This document shows, piece after piece, positions 1 to 12,906 of a stretch of 64,000 nt of DNA. Source of the DNA: Oceanispirochaeta sp. (GTDB lineage: Bacteria; Spirochaetota; Spirochaetia; DSM-2461). Location: contig CAXXXD010000001.1 of the NCBI GenBank assembly GCA_963663385.2, forward strand, positions 1-64,000, given 5' to 3'. Numbering within the stretch: the stretch's first letter is position 1; each line of letters opens with the position of its first letter. The notes beneath the pieces were generated by a model. It was not told the DNA's origin, did no database searches, and saw only the letters and a program-made list of their open reading frames with translations. The translations under genes and the position numbers were made by a program.

Positions 1-3000
1 GTAATTATGCTTCCCGCAACATTGGTTCCCGAGGGATTACCATCCGTATCAACCCCGCCGTTGAAGGTAATACTGTCCAGATTATCATTTCCGAGAGTTA
101 CCGTACCGCTGTTTGTGAAGTTAACCGCATTGGTAATTGTTCCGCCGCCGTTAAAAATAACATTATAGGTTTCTAAAGCGGTTGTATTGATTGTGCCTGC
201 CGTTACAGATCCGGAAAAGGTGATATCTCCGGTGGTATCCGTTAAAGTTATCGTTGTTGCGGCAGTCGCATTGGTGACGGTTGTACTGTTGCTGTTTGAT
301 ACCGTAAAAGTACCTACTGCCGTCATGGAGTCAAGAACAATATCTCCGGTTGCTCCGGCATTTACAGTAAGATCCTGGCTGCCTCCGGTGATGGCGCCTG
401 TCGTAATATTCGTTCCGTCACTGGTCGTCAGGTTGACAGCGGCGGTTGAGAGTGTCGTTGCTCCGAAGGTCAGCCCATCGAAACCGCTGAAGGTTAAACC
501 GTCAAGCTGTACAGCTCCCGCCAGGTTCGTCGCCGTATTCCCCATTGCCCAGGGTGACATTATCATCAAAGCGGACGCTCGTTGCGGCTCCCGCCGTGAG
601 ACCGCTATTCCCTCCGAAGGTGCTCTGAAAACGGACCAGACCCGGTCACGCCCATTATTTACATCCAGCGCAGCTCCCGTACCGCTTCCAAGGTTTGTTA
701 CCGCTCCTGATACCGTAGTCGTTCCGACGCCCACTCCCGCTGCCAGAAGCAGGTTCTGCGGACCGGTTATGGTCGTAACAGCTATATTACCGCCATTGGA
801 ATCAAGGGTGACTGCGGCCGTCGACAGGGTCAGGGGCTCCGAAGGTCAAACCGTCGAAACCGCTGAAGGTTAAGCCGTCAAGCTGTACAGCTCCCGCCAG
901 GTTCGTCGCCGTATTCCCATTGCCCAGGGTGACATTATCATCAAAGCGGACGCTCGTTGCGGCTCCCGCCGTGAGACCGCTGTTCCCCTCCGAAGGTGCT
1001 CTGGAAATGCACAAGACCGGTCGCTCCGTTATTCACATCAAGGGCAGATCCGGTTCCGCTTCCAAGGTTTGTCACTGCCCCGGATACGGTTGTGGTTCCT
1101 CCGGCAATCCCCGCAGCCAATAGCAGATTATGGGGACCGGTGATACTGGTAATGGTTATCGCTCCGCCACCGCTGTCCAGGGTTGTCGTATCCGTCAGGG
1201 TTATGGCTCCAAGGGCTATGGTATCGTTACTTGTAATTATGCTTCCCGCAACATTGGTTCCCGAGGGATTACCATCCGTATCAACCCCGCCGTTGAAGGT
1301 AATACTGTCCAGATTTATCATTTCCGAGAGTTACCGTACCCGCTGTTTGTGAAGTTAACCGCATTGGTAATTGTTCCGCCGCCGTTAAAAATAACATTAT
1401 AGGTTTCTAAAGCGGTTGTATTGATTGTGCCTGCCGTTACAGATCCGGAAAAGGTGATATCTCCGGTGGTATCCGTTAAAGTTATCGTTGTTGCGGCAGT
1501 CGCATTGGTGACGGTTGTACTGTTGCTGTTTGATACCGTAAAAGTACCTACTGCCGTCATGGAGTCAAGAACAATATCTCCGGTTGCTCCGGCATTTACA
1601 GTAAGATCCTGGCTGCCTCCGGTGATGGCGCCTGTCGTAATATTCGTTCCGTCACTGGTCGTCAGGTTGACAGCGGCGGTTGAGAGTGTCGTTGCTCCGA
1701 AGGTCAGCCCGTCGAAACCGCTGAAGGTTAAACCGTCAAGCTGTACAGCTCCCGCCAGGTTCGTCGCCGTATTCCCATTGCCCAGGGTGACATTATCATC
1801 AAAGCGGACGCTCGTTGCAGCTCCCGCCGTGAGACCGCTGTTCCCTCCGAAGGTGCTCTGAAAACGGACCAGACCGGTCACGCCATTATTTACATCCAGC
1901 GCAGCTCCCGTACCGCTTCCAAGGTTTGTTACCGCTCCTGATACCGTAGTCGTTCCGACTCCCACTCCCGCGGCCAGAAGCAGATTCTGCGGACCGGTCA
2001 ATGTCGTAATGTTAATCGCCGATCCGTTGGAATCAAGGGTGACTGCGGCGGTTGAGAGTGTCGTTGCTCCGAAGGTCAGCCCGTCGAAACCGCTGAAGGT
2101 TAAACCGTCAAGCTGTACAGCTCCCGCCAGGTTCGTCGCCGTATTCCCATTGCCCAGGGTGACATTATCATCAAAGCGGACGTTTGTTGCGGCTCCCGCC
2201 GTAAGACCGCTGTTCCCTCCAAAGGTGCTCTGGAAACGGACCAGACCGGTAACCCCGTTATTCACATCCAGCACGGCTCCCGTGCCGCTTCCAAGGTTCG
2301 TCACTGCTCCTGATACCGTAGTCGTTCCGATGCCCACTCCCGCGGCCAGAAGCAGATTCTGGGGACCGGTCAATGTCGTAATGTTAATCGCCGATCCGTT
2401 GGAATCAAGGTTGACAGTGGCGGTTGAGAGTGTCGTTGCTCCGAAGGTCAGCCCGTCGAAACCGCTGAAGGTTAAACCGTCAAGCTGTACAGCTCCCGCC
2501 AGGTTCGTCGCCGTATTCCCATTGCCCAGGGTGACATTATCATCAAAGCGGACGCTCGTTGCGGCTCCCGCCGTGAGACCGCTATTCCCTCCGAAGGTGC
2601 TCTGAAAACGGACCAGACCGGTCACGCCATTATTTACATCCAGCGCAGCTCCCGTACCGCTTCCAAGGTTTGTTACCGCTCCTGATACCGTAGTCGTTCC
2701 GACGCCCACTCCCGCTACCAGAAGCAGATTCTGCGGACCGGTTATGGTCGTAACAGCTATATTACCGCCATTGGAATCAAGGGTGACTGCGGCCGTCGAC
2801 AGGGTCAGGGCTCCGAAGGTCAAACCGTCGAAACCGCTGAAGGTTAAGCCGTCAAGCTGTACAGCTCCCGCCAGGTTCGTCGCCGTATTCCCATTGCCCA
2901 GGGTGACATTATCATCAAAGCGGACGCTCGTTGCGGCTCCCGCCGTGAGACCGCTGTTCCCTCCGAAGGTGCTCTGGAAATGCACAAGACCGGTCGCTCC

Positions 3001-6000
3001 GTTATTCACATCAAGGGCAGATCCGGTTCCGCTTCCAAGGTTTGTCACTCCCCCGGATACGGTTGTGGTTCCTCCGGCAATCCCCGCAGCCAATAGCAGA
3101 TTATGGGGACCGGTGATACTGGTAATGGTTATCGCTCCGCCACCGCTGTCCAGGGTTGTCGTATCCGTCAGGGTTATGGCTCCAAGGGCTATGGTATCGT
3201 TACTTGTAATTATGCTTCCCGCAACATTGGTTCCCGAGGGATTACCATCCGTATCAACCCCGCCGTTGAAGGTAATACTGTCCAGATTATCATTTCCGAG
3301 AGTTACCGTACCGCTGTTTGTGAAGTTAACCGCATTGGTAATTGTTCCGCCGCCGTTAAAAATAACATTATAGGTTTCTAAAGCGGTTGTATTGATTGTG
3401 CCTGCCGTTACAGATCCGGAAAAGGTGATATCTCCGGTGGTATCCGTTAAAGTTATCGTTGTTGCGGCAGTCGCATTGGTGACGGTTGTACTGTTGCTGT
3501 TTGATACCGTAAAAGTACCTACTGCCGTCATGGAGTCAAGAACAATATCTCCGGTTGCTCCGGCATTTACAGTAAGATCCTGGCTGCCTCCGGTGATGCC
3601 GCCTGTCGTAATATTCGTTCCGTCACTGGTCGTCAGGTTGACAGCGGCGGTTGAGAGTGTCGTTGCTCCGAAGGTCAGCCCGTCGAAACCGCTGAAGGTT
3701 AAACCGTCAAGCTGTACAGCTCCCGCCAGGTTCGTCGCCGTATTCCCATTGCCCAGGGTGACATTATCATCAAAGCGGACGCTCGTTGCGGCTCCCGCCG
3801 TGAGACCGCTGTTCCCTCCGAAGGTGCTCTGAAAACGGACCAGACCGGTCACGCCATTATTTACATCCAGCGCAGCTCCCGTGCCGCTTCCAAGGTTTGT
3901 TACCGCTCCTGATACCGTAGTCGTTCCGACTCCCACTCCCGCGGCCAGAAGCAGATTCTGCGGACCGGTCAATGTCGTAATGTTAATCGCCGATCCGTTG
4001 GAATCAAGGGTGACTGCGGCCGTCGACAGGGTCAGGGCATTAAAGGTCAGCCCGTCGAAACCGCTGAAGGTTAAACCGTCAAGCTGTACAGCTCCCGCCA
4101 GGTTCGTCGCCGTATTCCCATTGCCCAGGGTGACATTATCATCAAAGCGGACGTTTGTTGCGGCTCCCGCCGTAAGACCGCTGTTCCCTCCGAAGGTGCT
4201 CTGGAAACGGACCAGACCGGTAACCCCGTTATTCACATCCAGCGCGGCTCCCGTGCCGCTTCCAAGGTTCGTCACTGCTCCTGATACCGTAGTCGTTCCG
4301 ATGCCCACTCCCGCGGCCAGAAGCAGATTCTGGGGACCGGTCAATGTCGTAATGTTAATCGCCGATCCGTTGGAATCAAGGTTGACAGTGGCGGTTGAGA
4401 GTGTCGTTGCTCCGAAGGTCAGCCCGTCGAAACCGCTGAAGGTTAAACCGTCAAGCTGTACAGCTCCCGCCAGGTTCGTCGCCGTATTCCCATTGGCAAG
4501 GGTGACATTATCATCAAAGCGGACGCTCGTTGCGGCTCCCGCCGTGAGACCGCTATTCCCTCCGAAGGTGCTCTGAAAACGGACCAGACCGGTCACGCCA
4601 TTATTTACATCCAGCGCGGCTCCCGTACCGCTTCCAAGGTTTGTTACCGCTCCTGATACCGTAGTCGTTCCGACGCCCACTCCCGCGGCCAGAAGCAGAT
4701 TCTGCGGACCGGTTATGGTCGTAACAGCTATATTACCGCCATTGGAATCAAGGGTGACTGCGGCCGTCGACAGGGTCAGGGCTCCGAAGGTCAAACCGTC
4801 GAAACCGCTGAAGGTTAAGCCGTCAAGCTGTACAGCTCCCGCCAGGTTCGTCGCCGTATTCCCATTGCCCAGGGTGACATTATCATCAAAGCGGACGCTC
4901 GTTGCGGCTCCCGCCGTGAGACCGCTGTTCCCTCCGAAGGTGCTCTGGAAATGCACAAGACCGGTCGCTCCGTTATTCACATCAAGGGCAGATCCGGTTC
5001 CGCTTCCAAGGTTTGTCACTGCCCCGGATACGGTTGTGGTTCCTCCGGCAATCCCCGCAGCCAATAGCAGATTATGGGGACCGGTGATACTGGTAATGGT
5101 TATCGCTCCGCCACCGCTGTCCAGGGTTGTCGTATCCGTCAGGGTTATGGCTCCAAGGGCTATGGTATCGTTACTTGTAATTATGCTTCCCGCAACATTG
5201 GTTCCCGAGGGATTACCATCCGTATCAACCCCGCCGTTGAAGGTAATACTGTCCAGATTATCATTTCCGAGAGTTACCGTACCGCTGTTTGTGAAGTTAA
5301 CCGCATTGGTAATTGTTCCGCCGCCGTTAAAAATAACATTATAGGTTTCTAAAGCGGTTGTATTGATTGTGCCTGCCGTTACAGATCCGGAAAAGGTGAT
5401 ATCTCCGGTGGTATCCGTTAAAGTTATCGTTGTTGCGGCAGTCGCATTGGTGACGGTTGTACTGTTGCTGTTTGATACCGTAAAAGTACCTACTGCCGTC
5501 ATGGAGTCAAGAACAATATCTCCGGTTGCTCCGGCATTTACAGTAAGATCCTGGCTGCCTCCGGTGATGGCGCCTGTCGTAATATTCGTTCCGTCACTGG
5601 TCGTCAGGTTGACAGCGGCGGTTGAGAGTGTCGTTGCTCCGAAGGTCAGCCCATCGAAACCGCTGAAGGTTAAACCGTCAAGCTGTACAGCTCCCGCCAG
5701 GTTCGTCGCCGTATTCCCATTGCCCAGGGTGACATTATCATCAAAGCGGACGCTCGTTGCAGCTCCCGCCGTGAGACCGCTGTTCCCTCCGAAGGTGCTC
5801 TGAAAACGGACCAGACCGGTCACGCCATTATTTACATCCAGCGCAGCTCCCGTACCGCTTCCAAGGTTTGTTACCGCTCCTGATACCGTAGTCGTTCCGA
5901 CTCCCACTCCCGCGGCCAGAAGCAGATTCTGCGGACCGGTCAATGTCGTAATGTTAATCGCCGATCCGTTGGAATCAAGGGTGACTGCGGCCGTCGACAG

Positions 6001-8510
6001 GGTCAGGGCATTAAAGGTCAGCCCGTCGAAACCGCTGAAGGTTAAACCGTCAAGCTGTACAGCTCCCGCCAGGTTCGTCGCCGTATTTCCATTGCCCAGG
6101 GTGACATTATCATCAAAGCGGACGTTTGTTGCGGCTCCCGCCGTAAGACCGCTGTTCCCTCCAAAGGTGCTCTGGAAACGGACCAGACCGGTAACCCCGT
6201 TATTCACATCCAGCGCGGCTCCCGTGCCGCTTCCAAGGTTCGTCACTGCTCCTGATACCGTAGTCGTTCCGATGCCCACTCCCGCGGCCAGAAGCAGATT
6301 CTGGGGACCGGTTATGGTCGTAACAGCTATATTACCGCCATTGGAATCAAGGGTGACTGCGGCCGTCGACAGGGTCAGGGCATTAAAGGTCAGCCCGTCG
6401 AAACCGCTGAAGGTTAAACCGTCAAGCTGTACAGCTCCCGCCAGGTTCGTCGCCGTATTCCCATTGCCCAGGGTGACATTATCATCAAAGCGGACGCTCG
6501 TTGCGGCTCCCGCCGTGAGACCGCTGTTCCCTCCGAAGGTGCTCTGAAAACGGACCAGACCGGTCACGCCATTATTTACATCCAGCGCAGCTCCCGTACC
6601 GCTTCCAAGGTTTGTTACCGCTCCTGATACCGTAGTCGTTCCGACGCCCACTCCCGCGGCCAGAAGCAGGTTCTGCGGACCGGTTATGGTCGTAACAGCT
6701 ATATTACCGCCATTGGAATCAAGGGTGACTGCGGCCGTCGACAGGGTCAGGGCTCCGAAGGTCAAACCGTCGAAACCGCTGAAGGTTAAGCCGTCAAGCT
6801 GTACAGCTCCCGCCAGGTTCGTCGCCGTATTCCCATTGCCCAGGGTGACATTATCATCAAAGCGGACGCTCGTTGCGGCTCCCGCCGTGAGACCGCTGTT
6901 CCCTCCGAAGGTGCTCTGGAAATGCACAAGACCGGTCGCTCCGTTATTCACATCAAGGGCAGATCCGGTTCCGCTTCCAAGGTTTGTCACTGCCCCGGAT
7001 ACGGTTGTGGTTCCTCCGGCAATCCCCGCAGCCAATAGCAGATTATGGGGACCGGTGATACTGGTAATGGTTATCGCTCCGCCACCGCTGTCCAGGGTTG
7101 TCGTATCCGTCAGGGTTATGGCTCCAAGGGCTATGGTATCGTTACTTGTAATTATGCTTCCCGCAACATTGGTTCCCGAGGGATTACCATCCGTATCAAC
7201 CCCGCCGTTGAAGGTAATACTGTCCAGATTATCATTTCCGAGAGTTACCGTACCGCTGTTTGTGAAGTTAACCGCATTGGTAATTGTTCCGCCGCCGTTA
7301 AAAATAACATTATAGGTTTCTAAAGCGGTTGTATTGATTGTGCCTGCCGTTACAGATCCGGAAAAGGTGATATCTCCGGTGGTATCCGTTAAAGTTATCG
7401 TTGTTGCGGCAGTCGCATTGGTGACGGTTGTACTGTTGCTGTTTGATACCGTAAAAGTACCTACTGCCGTCATGGAGTCAAGAACAATATCTCCGGTTGC
7501 TCCGGCATTTACAGTAAGATCCTGGCTGCCTCCGGTGATGGCGCCTGTCGTAATATTCGTTCCGTCACTGGTCGTCAGGTTGACAGCGGCGGTTGAGAGT
7601 GTCGTTGCTCCGAAGGTCAGCCCGTCGAAACCGCTGAAGGTTAAACCGTCAAGCTGTACAGCTCCCGCCAGGTTCGTCGCCGTATTCCCATTGCCCAGGG
7701 TGACATTATCATCAAAGCGGACGCTCGTTGCAGCTCCCGCCGTGAGACCGCTGTTCCCTCCGAAGGTGCTCTGAAAACGGACCAGACCGGTCACGCCATT
7801 ATTTACATCCAGCGCAGCTCCCGTACCGCTTCCAAGGTTTGTTACCGCTCCTGATACCGTAGTCGTTCCGACTCCCACTCCCGCGGCCAGAAGCAGATTC
7901 TGCGGACCGGTCAATGTCGTAATGTTAATCGCCGATCCGTTGGAATCAAGGGTGACTGCGGCCGTCGACAGGGTCAGGGCATTAAAGGTCAGCCCGTCGA
8001 AACCGCTGAAGGTTAAACCGTCAAGCTGTACAGCTCCCGCCAGGTTCGTCGCCGTATTTCCATTGCCCAGGGTGACATTATCATCAAAGCGGACGTTTGT
8101 TGCGGCTCCCGCCGTAAGACCGCTGTTCCCTCCAAAGGTGCTCTGGAAACGGACCAGACCGGTAACCCCGTTATTCACATCCAGCGCGGCTCCCGTGCCG
8201 CTTCCAAGGTTCGTCACTGCTCCTGATACCGTAGTCGTTCCGATGCCCACTCCCGCGGCCAGAAGCAGATTCTGGGGACCGGTGATACTGGTAATGGTTA
8301 TCGCTCCGCCACCGCTGTCCAGGGTTGTCGTATCCGTCAGGGTTATGGCTCCAAGGGCTATGGTATCGTTACTTGTAATTATGCTTCCCGCAACATTGGT
8401 TCCCGAGGGATTACCATCCGTATCAACCCCGCCGTTGAAGGTAATACTGTCCAGATTATCATTTCCGAGAGTTACCGTACCGCTGTTTGTGAAGTTAACC
8501 GCATTGGTTA
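1..8510. repeat. Hierarchical intragenic tandem repeat: 1971-bp super-units containing 372-bp sub-units
   Basis: Near-identical antisense ORFs recur at 1421, 3392, 5363 and 7334 (period 1971). A 124-aa sub-unit 'LLLAAGVG...FSGFDGLTF' recurs inside each super-unit. Confidence 0.95.
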
Positions 8511-9432
8511 TTGTGCCACCGCCGTTAAGGGCAATATTCACAGCGGTAGCCGCTGTAGTGAGAGTTGCCGCATTCAGGGCTCCCGAGACTGTAACTGTAC
8601 CCCCGGTTTCTCCGCTGACATTGAACGTACCGGCACCAAGATTTGCAGAAGCTATTGCAGCTCCTCCGCTGCCCTGAAGAATCAGGCTCTCCCCGGCACC
8701 GGAAGTAACCGCAGCAAGAATAATCAAACCTGTTCCGCTGTTAAGAGTTGCATCTTCCCCAAGTGTAACGGTATTGGAATAAGTTTGAGTGCTTGAAGAT
8801 GTAATAGTTGTGGTATTTATTGTAGTCGTCCCGGTTACTGAAAGGGTTGATACACCCGTAACAGTATCTGTCGGTCCATCACCGAATACAGCATTACCTG
8901 TCACGGTCAGAGAGTTTGTACCACCTGTTACCGTACCATTAAAAGTGGCGGTGCTTGCAGTAATATTCGAAGCGGCACCTAAAGAAAGGTCCCCGCTGAA
9001 AGTAATCGTTCCCCCGGCTAAAGAAATATTATCACTTATGGTTGAACCTACAGTAAACGCATCATTAACAGCGATATTACCACCAGTGCCATTCAATACA
9101 CCTGTGGCGTTTAAAGAAAGTCTTCCGTTTATCGTTAACCCTTCTGTTGCGGTACCGACATTTAAGCTAGCCCCGGCCTGAACTGTTAGATTTCTGCATT
9201 GCGCTCCAGGTGTGTTGATAACCGGATAGACCCTCCCTCCACCAATTCCATTGGGAACAATGGCATTCACTGCATTTGTAGGAACACCTGAATCCCAATT
9301 TGCAGCAGTTCCCCAGTCATTTGTAAAATTATCTCCAGTCCATGTTGTTTGAGAATATGAAAAGGCTAAGCTGATAAAAATGAGTAAAAAGAGGAAAATA
9401 TCTCTTTTGTAAAACTTAATAAATCTATCCAA
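1..9432 (-). CDS. Giant repetitive secreted/surface protein (beta-helix or filamentous-haemagglutinin-like, Gly/Thr/Asn-rich); continues past the left edge of the window
   Basis: ORF 1318..9432 (2704 aa) has an N-terminal signal peptide and a TTWTG...DWGTAANW motif. The same repeats continue to base 1 through seven +1 homopolymer insertions. Confidence 0.85.
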
Positions 9433-9608
9433 AACTAGTGGTACCTTTCTATTACAGAAATGAAGTTTGAATTATCAAAGTTATTCAAGTTGATGACCTA
9501 CACCGATACTTATTATAATAACACTGAATAATGTCTTAACAATATTATCTGTATAATGTTATTTCAATGAAAGAGAATCTACCTGATATATTAACGGAAA
9601 TTCATTCT

Positions 9609-10955
9609 TTATTCATCAATAAAAATATCATATGCAATAGAGGCACTTGTTGAATGAAGAGTAATTTTCTCTGTAACAGTCCAATATGAAGCATTACTAA
9701 ACCCGCCGACAGTATCATACCCGGAGACATAGACATCATTACCTGATAAATCAATTGAATAAGCCTGCGCGTTTGCTGAGGCATCCTGAACCATATCTAC
9801 TGTTGTGACAGAACCATCATCTTTCCAGTAACAGGATTTAAAAACACCATCCCAGTAACGTCCTGCAACATATACATCAGTGCCCTGAAGGGTTATACCA
9901 AAGCCATGAGCGGTATTTGCTGTATATAGATCATTTTTAGAAGGAGCTGTAGTAGATCCTGTCCAGTAGCATGACTTATTATTTTGATATCCGCCAATGT
10001 ATTTTACACCATTGCTTACAGATATAGATTTTGCAAAACCGTGACCGGTATTACCATCCCGTTCCAGATCATACCGGACTCCCCCCTCCCAGAAACATGG
10101 AATTGATTCACCTGAGGAAACATAATAACCGACTACATAGACAATTCCGCCTGATCTAAAAATATCTTCTGCTTTAATCTCTGTAGTGTTTTCAAAATCA
10201 ACTCTTGAAATTGTATCGTTATTAGAGGTATCAACAGTCCAGTAACAGGCATACTCATTTGTATCCGTATGATATCCGGCAATATAAGCTATACCATTTT
10301 CCATAAATACTGATAAGGCTTTGCTGTTACCAGCACCTTGCTCCGGCAGAGCAACAGCAGCCTGGCCATTTTTCCAATAGCAGGCATTTGTGGAAGTACC
10401 ATCATTATAGTATCCGACAATAAAAACATCCGTACCATCTGAAAATACAGACAGGGCTTCGGCTGAGTGCCCAGCGACATTATATAAATCGGCCTGCAGT
10501 ACACCATCCTTCCAATAGGCGGCAACTTTATGATCCCCACCTGCGCTATCCAGATAATACCCGGCCACATAAACCACAGGATCCCCCGGAGGATCACTGG
10601 ACCCGGTATTCACCACCGTTTCACACCCCGCCGTAAAATCCCCGTCGTCGGTTGTAACCGTGATGATAGCCGTCCCCGCAGCCACCGCCGTCACCACTCC
10701 CTCTGCCGAAACCGTCGCTACAGCGGAATCGGAGGAGGACCAGCTTACATCCTGATTGGTCGCATTATCCGGCAGAACAGTGGCTGTCAGAGTTTCGGTT
10801 GCACCTGCAAGTAAAGAAGTTTCGGATTTATTGAGGGTAACACCTGTTACGGAAACATCACTGTCCCCCCCGGTATTACAGGCAGAAAAGATTGTTATAA
10901 AAACTACCAGCAAGATGACTGACAAAGATGAAAACAATGAACGCATCCGTTTCAT
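9609..10955 (-). CDS. Lipoprotein with an Ig-like (Big_2) domain and beta-propeller-like repeats
   Basis: Lipobox FSAC; Big_2 motif VTGVTLNK...ATVLPDNATNQDVSWSSSD; repeated 'VYVAGY...ACYWK' blades. Confidence 0.8.
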   Translation of the reverse strand: MKRMRSLFSSLSVILLVVFITIFSACNTGGDSDVSVTGVTLNKSETSLLAGATETLTATVLPDNATNQDVSWSSSDSAVATVSAEGVVTAVAAGTAIITVTTDDGDFTAGCETVVNTGSSDPPGDPVVYVAGYYLDSAGGDHKVAAYWKDGVLQADLYNVAGHSAEALSVFSDGTDVFIVGYYNDGTSTNACYWKNGQAAVALPEQGAGNSKALSVFMENGIAYIAGYHTDTNEYACYWTVDTSNNDTISRVDFENTTEIKAEDIFRSGGIVYVVGYYVSSGESIPCFWEGGVRYDLERDGNTGHGFAKSISVSNGVKYIGGYQNNKSCYWTGSTTAPSKNDLYTANTAHGFGITLQGTDVYVAGRYWDGVFKSCYWKDDGSVTTVDMVQDASANAQAYSIDLSGNDVYVSGYDTVGGFSNASYWTVTEKITLHSTSASIAYDIFIDE

Positions 10956-11201
10956 AATTCATCCCCTAATAAATAATTAATTACCCATTGCTCAGAACCG
11001 AGTAATGGTTGCAGTCTCTTATATCGTGGTACTATTAATAATACTCCAAATACACTCATTTTTCATGAAAAACACCGGATTTTCACCATCAATTTTCTGT
11101 TTAGCCGTTTGTTCAATACTTTTGTTAATACTGGAGGGAAAACCTCTCGATAATAGGATAAAGCCCCCTCAATTTCCGGCTGAAAGGAAGAAGGAGACTC
11201 C

Positions 11202-12872
11202 TTGTTTAAAAAAATGACATTCAAAAAAAAAATGGATCCGGGTCTCGACTCCTTCAACCAGCTTTCCTTCAGCATTATGGGGTTTGATCAGAATAACAAA
11301 CTGATATTCCTTAACAGACACCTTAAAAACCAGATCGGCCAGGACACCCTGAAGACGGAAACGGACTTTACCGAAGTGGTAGAAGCCCTGCAGCGCCATT
11401 GTCAGCTGGAAAATGCGGAAGAAATTATCTCCCTGAACAGTAAAAACTCAGGAAGGGAGCCTCAGAACACCACTATCCATTATTATCTGAAGGGCAAACA
11501 TTACCGGGGCCTCCTCGCTTCGGATACGATTCTATCAAATAGAGGCTCCTCCATAACCCTCTATTATGTAAAAGAAAGAAGCGAGGTCCGCGGAGGGCCC
11601 CACGACGAGCCCCCGAGACTGACAGATCAGACCTGGTTCAGGGAGCGCCTGACAAGTGCTTTATCCTCCGGGATAAATCAGACAGCCCTGATCCGGCTCT
11701 CTCTGGACCGGTACAGCAGACTGATATCCTCCCTGACTCCCATTGAAACAACCCGTCTGGACGCTCATATAATGGAAAAACTGGGAAAAGCTTTTCACTC
11801 TTCAGAATTGACAAGCCATCGATGGGAGGAAGGCTTATACACTCTGATCTATCCCGCCCTGAATTCCATTACAGAACTGGTAAACAGACTGGAACAGGTT
11901 CTTGCCGTATTCAAACAACCCTTTATAATTAATGGCAAAGCAATCCTCATACAGGCCAGTCTGGGAATCAGCCTCTACCCGAGCCGCTGCGATACAGCCA
12001 ACGCCCTTATTCATCAGGCCGATATGGCTCTGGATATTGCCCGGAAGCGGGGCGGCAATCAATATGTCATATACTCCCCGGAACTGAAGGAAGGCCAGTA
12101 CAGGCAGTACCTGATCAATCAAAACCTTTCCCAGGCGCTTTACCGGAATGAATTGTCCCTGCGGTATCAGCCCCGCATTGATTCCCGGGGAAGGATTGTC
12201 AGCGTTGAGTCCCTGCTCCGCTGGAATCATCCGGAAATGGGGGAGATTTCCCCGGGAGAGTTCATTCCCTCTGCCGAAGACTCGGGAGAGATAATCCAGA
12301 TAGGAGAATGGGCCCTGCGTAAAGCCTGCCTGCAGGCCCGGCGCTGGATGATTCACGGTCTGGACCTGATCATCTCTGTTAACATCTCTCCCGTTCAGAT
12401 TCATCAGGACAACGCCTGCCGGATAATCAGCGATGTTTTAAACGAATCCGGCCTCTCTCCGGACAGACTGGAGCTGGAAGTTACAGAAACCACCCTTCTG
12501 AACCAGCTGGATAAAACCATTCACTCTCTCAGGGAGCTGCATAAACTGGGAATCCGGATTTCACTGGATGACTTTGGTACGGGGTTCTCTTCCCTCAGTT
12601 ACCTGGGAACCTTCCCGGTGGATATCCTCAAAATAGACCAGTCCTTTATACGGGACATTCATAGAAATGACAATCATATGAGCGTGGTGCAGGCCATCGC
12701 CTCCCTGGCCAAAAGCTTCAGATGCAAGGTAATCGCCGAAGGTGTCGAGACCGAGGAGCAGCTGAATATCCTGAAAAAGATCGGCTGCGATGAATATCAG
12801 GGGTACTACTACCACAAACCTCTTACCCCAGACGAACTGGAAGAACTCTGCCTGGAAAAAGTTGCGACTTGA
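11202..12872 (+). CDS. EAL-domain c-di-GMP phosphodiesterase with a degenerate GGDEF domain
   Basis: YQP, ESLLRW, DDFGTGFSS, LKIDQSF and EGVE motifs are present. The GGDEF position reads RWEEGLY. Confidence 0.85.
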   Translation: MFKKMTFKKKMDPGLDSFNQLSFSIMGFDQNNKLIFLNRHLKNQIGQDTLKTETDFTEVVEALQRHCQLENAEEIISLNSKNSGREPQNTTIHYYLKGKHYRGLLASDTILSNRGSSITLYYVKERSEVRGGPHDEPPRLTDQTWFRERLTSALSSGINQTALIRLSLDRYSRLISSLTPIETTRLDAHIMEKLGKAFHSSELTSHRWEEGLYTLIYPALNSITELVNRLEQVLAVFKQPFIINGKAILIQASLGISLYPSRCDTANALIHQADMALDIARKRGGNQYVIYSPELKEGQYRQYLINQNLSQALYRNELSLRYQPRIDSRGRIVSVESLLRWNHPEMGEISPGEFIPSAEDSGEIIQIGEWALRKACLQARRWMIHGLDLIISVNISPVQIHQDNACRIISDVLNESGLSPDRLELEVTETTLLNQLDKTIHSLRELHKLGIRISLDDFGTGFSSLSYLGTFPVDILKIDQSFIRDIHRNDNHMSVVQAIASLAKSFRCKVIAEGVETEEQLNILKKIGCDEYQGYYYHKPLTPDELEELCLEKVAT

Positions 12873-12906
12873 ATCCTCCGGGGATAAATGCTTATAATCG
12901 GAACTT

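Noticed and set aside
1..8510. CRISPR-like or non-coding repeat array
   Set aside because: The repeats are in-frame coding units with no unique spacers, and no cas genes are present.
187..9181. Many repeated plus-strand ORFs (146-251 aa)
   Set aside because: They are antisense shadows of the repetitive minus-strand gene.
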